A DNA stretch of 64,000 bases from Octopus sinensis (lineage: Eukaryota): contig NC_043003.1 of assembly GCF_006345805.1 (NCBI RefSeq), positions 6,572,001 to 6,636,000 on the forward strand, read 5' to 3'. Made by a program: the position numbers and the translations under genes. The notes beneath the pieces are model-generated. The model did not search any database, was not told the DNA's origin, and saw nothing but the letters and a program-made list of their open reading frames with translations. Shown piece after piece: positions 54,365 through 64,000 of the stretch. Numbering within the stretch: position 1 is the stretch's first letter; each line of letters starts with the position of its first letter.

Positions 54365-55215
54365 GGAAGTTAGTTAGTTAGTTAGTTAGTTAGTTAATTT
54401 TTTTGGCTCAAAAAGCAAAAAGCAAGGCCATGTAGGGGGACATGGAGTTAAGTACAGGGTGGTGTTCATGTAAAGAGTTCAGGCCACTTGAGGTCAAGGG
54501 AGACTTTGAACCGAGCGGTCGTCGGCATCTTCACTATCTCGTCTGGCAGCTTGTTCCACGGATCCGCAACCCGGACGGAGAAAGTTCCTCTCCTTCGATT
54601 GAGATGAAATCGTCGCAGATAGAGCTTTTCGGAATGACCCCGCAGCCGACGCTCTGGAGCAGGAGTGAAGAACAGCTCTTTCGAGAGGTTACGGCTCCTG
54701 CAGTTTTGGCCGGGTCTCGGGTGAACAAACCGGCAGTTCGTACCGTCTCCCCCATGCCAACATTTGCCTTGCAGGTAAAATTTCCATGTCCTCGTCTCCA
54801 ATTTTTTTCTCCTTAACAGTTTCGGATTCCTTCGGAATAGTTTCGGATTCCATATTTGAGTTGCCTTTCTTTGCTTTTCGTTTCTTGTCTTTAGGTTTCG
54901 CTTTTAGCTTTAGTTCTTTCATCTTTTCCTTCTCCTTTCTCTCCTTTTCCTGTCTTATGTTTGTGCTCGTGGTCTTTCCTTCCTTTGCCGGTGGTGGCCC
55001 TAGCATTCCTCTGGTTATCCATAGGGGTGGGGGCTCCATTCTTTTGTGGGACCACTGGCACAGAGGGAATTCTAGTTGTTGCTTCTTCATCTTCCCTATC
55101 TTTATCAGCCTGGTTGTTCACGGGGGTGGGGACCCATTCTTTTGTGGGCCCACTGGATTAGAGGGACTTCTGGTTCTGGTTTCATCAAGCCTATCCCTAT
55201 CAGCTTTACTAGTTA
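54365..55215 (-). mobile_element. CR1-type LINE derivative: CCCH-containing upstream part joined to the ORF2 C-terminus and a (TAAC)n tail
   Basis: RLRGHSEKLYLRRFHLNRRRGTFSVRVADPWNKLPDEIV...FKVSLD is a CR1 ORF2 end. Upstream in frame is KFYLQGKCWHGGDGTNCRFVHP, preceded by Lys/Glu-rich sequence with a ~100-bp tandem duplication. Confidence 0.8.
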
Positions 55216-55265
55216 TCTTCCGTGATGTCATCAAGTATGTCAATGTGTGGTCTAACATGTATATG

Positions 55266-55321
<56 letters not shown>

Positions 55322-55335
55322 TATATAATAATATA

Positions 55336-55535
55336 CTAGCACTATGACCCAGCCTTGCCGGGTCATAGAGCTAGTGCATTGCATATAGAGCTGCGTGCGT
55401 GCGCACATACACGCGAGTACTGTCCAAATCTCCGACCAATCATATACAGCTAGCTGGCATTCAATTGGCGTATCAAGTTTCAGGCATTTTGATTGGGTTT
55501 TGGATAGAAAATTCACAAAAAGTCACTACCTCTAC
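55336..55535 (-). mobile_element. Helitron-like 3' terminus (non-autonomous)
   Basis: (TA)n-CTAG at 55336, followed by hairpin CTAGCACTATGACCC-agccttgcc-GGGTCATAGAGCTAG. Confidence 0.55.
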
Positions 55536-55557
55536 ATGTACATATACACGCATATAT

Positions 55558-55915
55558 GAGTACAGGACACCAAAAGGACGTCGAACACAATGAGAAACGA
55601 AAACATAGATACAAACCAAAGGAACTGGACATATATTTAAAAACAAAAAAAATAGAGTACAGGACAAATAACACAAAGAAAAAACCCCTTCTTCAGTCGC
55701 TATGGTTTCATCTACTCTACGTTTCGAAGGATATACAGGACACCACAAATAAACGTAGAACACAACGAGAAACGAAAACATAAAATCAAACAAGGAAACG
55801 GACTTTTTTTAACAAGGGAAAAAACAGAGTACAGGACAAACAATATAAAGGAAATTCCCCTTCATCAGCTGTCCCTGGATCGACTCAATGCGTGTTTCGA
55901 AGGTAAGGACAGAAT
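55558..55915 (-). repeat. Tandem ~175-bp repeat with hammerhead core words
   Basis: Two units starting TACAGGACACCA. On -, each carries CTGA(A/T)GA-AGGGG and CCTTC-GAAAC. Confidence 0.65.
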
Positions 55916-56199
55916 AAACAAAACATAAAACGACTCGATTTAAAACCAATCAGCAGATATCAATCCAGTGGATCAATCGAAAACCGATTCAACAACTCTA
56001 GTAACACTACCACATATGTATCTGTTGTTCAAGCACCCGACTCAGCGAGCACCACCACCACCACCACCTCCTCCTTCAAATACATCAATTGCCCAACTCC
56101 TCCAACGTCGCTTTTTTTAAAATGTCAAAAGTTGCGAATCTGTTATGAAATCAGACAAGCGTTGACGGAAATTAGTACAGCGTGAGAAATATAGTAGTG

Positions 56200-56243
<44 letters not shown>

Positions 56244-57419
56244 TAGTAGCAGCAGCAGCAGCAGCAGCGGCGGCGGCGACGGGTCGGCGGCGGCAGTTGT
56301 AGTGGTGGTGGTGGTGGTCGTCGTCGTCGTCGTTGACGTCGTGGCGGCGACGGAGACGGCGGTGGTTTGGCGGCGTCGGTGGCGCTAGTTTCGGAGGTGA
56401 TAGTGGTGTGGGCTACAGTGGTTGCGCCGGTGGTGTTATATCAATACCTCCGGCCTTCCAATTATTTAATCGACAGAATTGATGATTGAACTAGTGAGCA
56501 AAGCGGCCGAATATTCCACAGATACTTTTACCTTTCACGTAAATGCACAAGTAGAATTAACATAATACTGTGTGTGACAAGACTGGACCGTTTGAATAAC
56601 GGGTATAATCTAATCCATCCACCGGAATTCCGTGCAGTTTCCATCCACCTGATTTTACTCAAAGGGTTTGGTTGAAGTCGAGGTTCGAAATAAAGGACGG
56701 TCGGTGAGATAGAACCCCGCACTGCATGGTTGCAACACGACCTCCTTAAGCACTCGACCACATCTTACAGGCTCATATATAGATGCCAATACATAAATGC
56801 ACACACACACACGCACGCACACACACGCACAAACACACACACACACACACGCAACCACATACACACATCTCCTATAAATACACGTACATCATGTCCAATC
56901 CCTGGTTGAACAGAAAAGCCACATCTGTGCTGCTCGTGTTCAAGACCAATCAAGCGACAGCTTTGCTCGAGATCCAGTATGGGCGTGTGTGAGTCTCTGT
57001 GCGTGCATGTATATGTATGCTTATATGTATATTTGCGTTGCTTATTTATATGTGTCTGTACGTATGAGTATATATACTATATGTGTGTGTGTGTGTGTGT
57101 GTGTGTACGTAATATATTCATATATATATATATACACACACATGTGTGTGTGCGTGTATGTGTGTGTGCGTGTGTACATATATATATTGCTCTCAGAGAA
57201 AAAAATCGAGAACGAGAATAAGAGAGAAAAAGCAAAAACGTAGTGAAAAGAAAAAGGAGAAAAAGAAAAAAAACGAGAAAAGGGAAGCTTTGAGGGAAGG
57301 GAGTTATGCCCTTTGGGTCTGTTAGAAGGAGAATAAAGACTGGTTATTAGGGTTAATCTGACCGCGAAAGGCTAAAGTTTGTAATACCGTATCTCTAATC
57401 CGGAGAGGATGGTGTTCTT

Positions 57420-58040
57420 TAACTGGATAGTAGAAATTTGTTGAGATGCTTGCATTTTGTGAAAATCTCGGCTCTAGATTTCAGCAAATCGATGGCGATC
57501 TTCGATTTAAAAAGGATTTGAGTTCTTTTAGAGCAATGGAAAGCCTTCACTTCCCTGACTCATTAACGTTTATCGTAGATCTCTCGACCTTACTCCAATT
57601 GATGGTGTATTTTTGACCCCCAGGTGCCAGATGTAGTTTTCTTCTTTTCTGTGTGCAGGAAAAGAGACTGGTGATTGGTATCTTTCTTTGTAGTCATAGT
57701 CACACAGTCCGATATATTTTTTTTTTTCTAGTTTCGATATTTGGCCAAACTGAAATGACCTCGGCTTCGAATACAACTAAGCTAATCATGCATACCTGGT
57801 TAAGAGGACATGTAACTGGGTTTCTGAAGTTATATTTTGGAATGAACACCTGTTGTGACTTATGTGTAAAAATGTTTTACGTTGCGGCAGCAGTTGTAAG
57901 AACTTTTTACAGAACGTCTATAAAAAGTTCCTTGTACTTTTGAGTATCCAGAAAATTTTTGTCTACGAAGGCTAGAAATTTTTTACCTGCGTTTGTTTTA
58001 ACATTTGAAGGAGAAAGCGGGGCGAACCATATTATCTTCC
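57420..58040 (-). mobile_element. Penelope-like element 3' remnant with GIY-YIG endonuclease
   Basis: Translation on - gives WFAPLSPSNVKTNAGKKFL, CPLNQVCMISLVVFEAEV...KKKYIGLCDYDYKERY...YIWHL and LKSRAEIFTKCKHLNKFLL, typical of the linker, GIY-YIG domain and C-terminus of Penelope-like elements. Confidence 0.75.
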
Positions 58041-58599
58041 TAAGTCTATTATTAGGCTTCGTTTTTTTTTTTTAGCAAGGCTGTTTAAGTATTTATTTAA
58101 GTATTTACGTATGTTTTTCATTAGTGTATGGTATGACGCCTAAGAGCGCAGGTTAATGGTTACTGTGATTTTGTGATTAATTTAGTCACATAATTAGGTA
58201 CGCAAGAAAAATATTTAATAGACATAAGGATCACAACACATTTACTGAAGAATATTTTCCAACAAAGAAAGTTCAAATTTATGAATTTTATAAATTTTCG
58301 AAAAATTACTTTTATGTGTGTGTATGGAGGGATAGATGGATTTAGGTGATGGAGGGATTCATGCATATGTGTATGCATGTATGTATGTATGCACGTACTT
58401 ACGTACGTACGTATGTATGTATGTATGTACGTACGTACGTATGTATGTATGTATGTATGTATGTATGTATGTATGTATGTATGTATGTATGTATGTGACA
58501 TGGGTCACATATCGATACCACCTTAAACAACTGTAACGTATCCATCAAATGTGTCTCAGACAGATCTATGGCATTAAGTGGAAGGACCACATCAGTGAT

Positions 58600-59352
58600 C
58601 TTGAAATACTCGAAGGCTCTTGGTGTGAAAGTATAGAAGCTCTTGTGTTAAAGTAAAGGCTCAGATGGAGTGGTCATCTGGTCAGAATGAAGGATTCAAG
58701 GATGCCAAAACAACTCTTTTATGGAGAGTTAGCTAAAGGAGAACGACCTCCACATAAACCAAAAAAGAGGTATAAGGACTTGCTGAAGGCTTCCTTAAGA
58801 GATGCTTGCATCTCTCCTGACACATGGGAAGGCATAGCTATTGATCGTAGCAGGTGAGGAAGGATTGTGCATGAGGGGACAGCCACGTTTGAGAAATCTC
58901 GAGTTGCACAGGAAAAGTAAGGGGGATGTCAGGAAGGGCATCGCTGTTACACTTCCGGAAGGGAAGGGTCTTCCTTTGATTCTGACAAGCAATGTCTGTG
59001 CAAGACCCTGCCTCAGTAAAGCTGGACTCATGAGTCATCTTCGTAGTCATAAAACGAGACAGATGAGTGACAAACCTGGCCACTGGTGGTGGTGTAACAC
59101 ACCATACTAATCATATCTGTCGGGCATGTGGAAGAGAGTGTAATTCGGCAGGAGGACTTAAACGACATGCAAAGGTACATGAAGCCCAGTTACAACTACA
59201 GCCGGCTATTGTCGGTAAAGGTTTTAGTTGCCAATTCTGTACAAGACATTGTAGATCTTTGGCTGGGCTAAAAAGTCACATTCGATCACAGCACCAATAA
59301 CAGTTAAGCTTCGTGCAATGGCCATACTCGATAACGAGGGGAGCAACCATAA
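58600..59352 (+). mobile_element. RTE-type LINE 3' end with three C2H2 zinc fingers and a (TATG)n tail
   Basis: LRWSGHLVRMKDSRMPKQLFYGEL...G.RP..KPKKRYKDLLK...WEGIAIDRSR, then CARPCLSKAGLMSHLRSH, CRACGRECNSAGGLKRHAKVH and CQFCTRHCRSLAGLKSHIRSQH. Confidence 0.85.
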
Positions 59353-62300
59353 ATGTATGTATGTATGTATGTATGTATGTATGTATGTATGTATGTATGT
59401 ATGTATGTATGTATGTATGTATGTATGTATGTATGTATGAATGAATGTATGTATGTATGAATGTATGTATGTATGTATGTATATATGTATGTGTGTATGC
59501 ATGTATGTATGTATGTATGTATGTATGTATGTATGTATGTATGTATGTATGTTTGTATGTATGTATATATGTATGTATGTATGTATGTATGCATGAATGT
59601 ATGTATGTATGTATATATATATGTATGTATGTGTGTATGCATGTATGTATGTATGTGTGTGTGTATGTTTGTATGTATGTATGAATGAATGTATGAATGT
59701 ATGTATGTATGTATGTATGTATGTTATGAATGAATGTATGTATGTATGTATGTATGAATGAATGTATGTATGTGTTATGTTATGTATGTATGTATGTATG
59801 TGTATGTATGATGTATGTATGTATATATGGTTATATGTATGTATGATGTATGAAATTATATATTTATGTATGTATGTATGAATGAATGTATGTATGAATG
59901 TATGTATGTATGTATGTAGTATGTATGAATGAATGTATGTATGTATGTATGCATGAATGAATGTATGTATGTATGTATGTTGTATGTATGTATGTATGTA
60001 TGAATGAATGTATGTATGTATGTATGTATGAATGAATGTATGTATGTATGTATGTATGTTTGAATGTATGTATGTATGTATGTATGTATGAATGTATGTA
60101 TGTATGTATGTATGTATGAATGAATGATGTATGTATGTATGTATGTATGTATGTATGTATGAATGAATGTATGTATGTATGTATGTATGTATGTTTGAAT
60201 GTATGTATGTATGAATGAATGTATGTATGTATGTATGTATGTATGTATGTATGTATGAATGTATGTATGTATGTATGTATGTATGTATGTATGTATGTAT
60301 GTATGTATGAATGAATGTATGTATGTATGTATGTATGAATGAATGTATGTATGTATGTATGAATGTATGTATGTATGTATGTATATGTATGTGTGTATGC
60401 ATGTATGTATGTATGTATGTATGTATGTATGTTTGTATGTATGTATATATGTATGTATGTATGTATGCATGAATGTATGTATGTATGTATATATATGTAT
60501 GTATGTGTGTATGCATGTATGTATGTATCTGTGTGTATGCATGTATGTATGTATGTGTGTGTGTATGTTTGTATGTATGTATGAATGAATGTATGTATGA
60601 ATGTATGTATGTATGTATGTATGTATGTATGAATGAATGTATGTATGTATGTATGTATGTATGTATGTATGTATGTATGTATGTATGTATGTATGTATGT
60701 ATGTATGTATGAATGTATATATATGTATGTATGTATGAATGAATGTATGTATGAATGTATGTATGATGTATGTATGTATGTATGAATGAATGTATGTATG
60801 TATGTATGCATGAATGAATGTATGTATGTATGTATGTATGTATGTATGAATGAATGTATGTATGTATGTATGTATGTATGTATGTATGAATGAATGTATG
60901 TATGTATGTATGTTTGAATGTATGTATGTATGTATGTATGTATGAATGTATGTATGTATGTATGTATGTATGAATGAATGTATGTATGTATGTATGTATG
61001 TATGTATGTATGTATGTATGTATGTATGTATGTATGTATGAATGAATGTATGTATGTATGTATGTATGTTTGAATGTATGTATGTATGAATGAATGTATG
61101 TATGTATGTATGTATGTATGTATGTATGTATGTATGTATGTATGTATGTATGTATGTATGAATGAATGTATGTATGTATGTATGTATGAATGAATGTATG
61201 TATGTATGTATGTATGTATGTATGTATGTATGAATGTATGTATGTATGTATGTATGTATGAATGTATGTATGTATGTATGTATGAATGTATGTATGTATG
61301 TATGTATGTATGAATGTATGTATGTATGAATGAATGTATGTATGTATGTATGAATGAATGTATGTATGTATGAATGTATGTATGTATGAATGTATGTATG
61401 TATGTATGTATGAATGAATGTATGTATGTATGTATGTATGTATGAATGAATGTATGTATGTATGTATGTATGTATGATGATGATGTTGGCATCACCTTTA
61501 AGGTACATCCAAGGCTTGGGCCCCGTGCCATCCGCCCAAAACAAAATTCGCACTCTCATCGCATAACAACAATACGGCACAATTATTTCACCTCAATTGG
61601 CCCCGCTCTCTTTAACATTACACACCAAAAAACATTAAAAAAGAACTGACCCTATAGGGTTCAAGAAGTCTTTGGACAGATTCCTTCAAGAAATCCCGGA
61701 TAAACCCCCTACACCCGATATGTGTCTCTGTAAACAATAACTCTCTACTTGAGTGGGCCATAGTGCCCAAATTCTGACTTAAAAGACTTCACCAGGTGGT
61801 GCTATTAAGTTAGACATGGCCTGCGCCAATAATGGCCGAAACCTATCAAAGTATCAAAGTATGTATGCATGTATGAATGTATGTATGTATGTATGTATGA
61901 ATGTATGTATGTATGTATGTATGTATGTATGTATGTATGTATGTATGTATGTATGTATGTATGTATGAATGAATGTATGTATGTATGTATGAATGAATGA
62001 ATGTATGTATGTATGTATGTATGTATGTATGTATGAATGAATGTATGTATGTATGTATGTATGAATGAATGAATGTATGTATGGTATGTATGTATGGTAT
62101 GTATGAATGTATGTATGTATGTATGAATGAATGTATGTATGCATGTATGTATGTATGTATGTATGTATGTATGAATGAATGTATGTATGTATGTATGTAT
62201 GTATGTATGTATGTATGTATGTATGTATGTATGAATGAATGTATGTACGTATGTATGTATGTATGAATGAATGTATGTATGTATGTATGTATGTATGTAT

Positions 62301-63215
62301 TATGTATGTATGTATGTATGAATGAATGTATGTATGTATGTATGTATGTATGTATGTATGTATGTATGTATGTATGTATGTATGTATGTGTGTATGTATG
62401 TATGAATGAATGTATGTATGTATATATGTATGTATGAATGTATGTATGAATGTATGTATGATGAATGTATGTATGTATGTATGATGAATGTATGTATGTA
62501 TGTATGTATGTATATGTTTATGTATGAAGAGAATGTATGTATGTATGTATGAATGTATGTATGTATGTATGTATGAATGAATGTATGTATGTATGAATGA
62601 ATGTATGTATGTATGTATGTATGTATGTATGTATGTATGTATGTATGTATGTATGTATGAATGAATGTATGTATGTATGAATGAATGTATGTATGTATGT
62701 ATGAATGAATGTATGTATGTATGTATGAATGAATGTATGTATGTATGTATGTATGTATGTATGTATGTATGTATGTATGTAGTATGATGAATGAATGTAT
62801 GTATGTATGAATGTAGGTATGTATGATGAATGAATGTTGTTATAATGTATGTATGTATGTATGTATGTATGTATGTATGTATGTATGTATGTATGAATGA
62901 ATGTATGTATGTATGTATGTAGATGTATGTATGTATGTATGTAGTGTATGTATGTATGTATGTATGTAGAATGAATGTATGTATGTATGAATGTATGTAT
63001 GTATGTATGTATGTATGTATGTATGTATGTATGTATGTATGAATGAATGTATGTATGTATGAATGTATGTATGTATGTATGTATGTATGTATGTATGTAT
63101 GTATGTATGTATGAATGAATGTATGTATGTATGTATGAATGAATGTATGTATGTATGTATGTATGTATGTATGTATGTGTGTATGTATGTATGTATGTAC
63201 GTATGTATGTACGTA
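59353..63215 (+). repeat. ~3.9-kb compound (TATG/AATG)n microsatellite with internal block duplications
   Basis: Directly visible. The variant pattern at about 59440-59690 recurs at about 60340-60600. Confidence 0.95.
61485..61862 (+). mobile_element. CR1/L2-type LINE 3' end nested in the (TATG)n tract
   Basis: HPRLGPRAIRP...HNYFTSIGPALFN...FKKSLDRFLQEIPDKP...NNSLLEW, with 3' tail CCAGGTGGTGCTATTAAGTTAGACATGGCC...GGCCGAAACC. Similar tails occur at about 1272-1330 (+), 25397-25460 (-) and 46362-46421 (-). Confidence 0.75.
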
Positions 63216-63410
63216 TGAAAAGGCATGTCAAAAGACATCCTACCGTGGTACCTGTCACCTCCGCCAGTCAGCACTGCTGTGCATTATGCAAGAGAAGGAA
63301 TAAATCTTTGACCGGGCTCAAGAGTCATACAAGGGCCTCATATTGCATCATCAATGACCCATTTCAATGATTCTTTCTAGCAAAAGCAGTTACTATATAT
63401 GGATGGATAG

Positions 63411-63817
63411 GGCGGCGAGCTGGCAGAAACGTTAGCGCGCCGGGCTGAATGCTTAGCGGTATTTCGTCTGTCTGAGTTCAAATTCCGGCGAGGTCGACTT
63501 TGCCTTTCATCCTTTCGGGGTCGATAAATAAGTACCAGTTTCGCACTGGGGTCGAATGTAATCGACTTAATCTGTTTGTCTGTCCTTATTTGTCCTCTCT
63601 GTGTTTTAGTACCCCTTGTGGGTAGTAAAGAAATAGGTTTTCGTCTGCCGTTACGTTCTGAGTTCAAATTCCGCCGAGGTCGACTTTGCCTTTCATCCTT
63701 TCAGGGTCGATAAATAAAGTACCAGTTTCGCACTGGGGTCGATGTAATCGACTTAATCCGTTTGTCTGTCCTTGTTTGTCCCCTCTATGTTTAGCCCCTT
63801 GTGGGCAATAAAGAAAT
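63411..63817 (+). mobile_element. SINE family A head-to-tail dimer
   Basis: Two units joined at AAATAGGTTTTCGTCTGCCG; flanked by the direct repeat TATATATGGATGGAT. Confidence 0.9.
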
Positions 63818-64000
63818 ATATATATGGATGGATGGATAAATGGATGGATGTGTGCTTACGTTTAAACGTATGTACTTATATGTAATTATAGATGTATACA
63901 GGCTCATAAGGTGATTATGAATGAAGAGGCAACGTTGCTAATACAATAACAACAACAACAAAACAACCATTGACATCTTGTAGATATCCGGTTCATACAC

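Noticed and set aside
56040-56440. GC-rich trinucleotide region as an exon or promoter
   Set aside because: Mostly GTA/GCA/GCG/GTC repeats, with no splice-supported frame.
59224-63274. Long ORFs of 246-574 aa (HTYI repeats)
   Set aside because: Translations of the (CATA)n microsatellite; no coding complexity.

Overview
This is eukaryotic, AT-rich, microsatellite-dense DNA. The SINE, LINE and Helitron families resemble those of an octopus or other coleoid cephalopod genome (inference). One host protein-coding gene is supported: a two-exon, 693-aa GAREM-like adaptor (N-terminal CABIT-type region, Tyr/Pro-motif linker, C-terminal SAM-like domain). Its coding exons lie at 16764-17136 and 50559-52267 on +, separated by a 33.4-kb GT-AG phase-1 intron. 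The rest is repeats: a frameshifted Rep-PIF1 Helitron with candidate termini, further Helitron remnants, tRNA-derived SINEs (some with TSDs, some as head-to-tail dimers, some with swapped tails), RLE-type, CR1-type and RTE-type LINE fragments, a Penelope GIY-YIG remnant, and long simple repeats. The most notable unexplained structure is a dispersed set of minimal type I hammerhead-ribozyme motifs inside inverted or fold-back non-coding elements next to microsatellites, probably non-autonomous Penelope-derived elements. Most ORFs in the supplied track are microsatellite artefacts. All calls are by eye and repeat boundaries are approximate.
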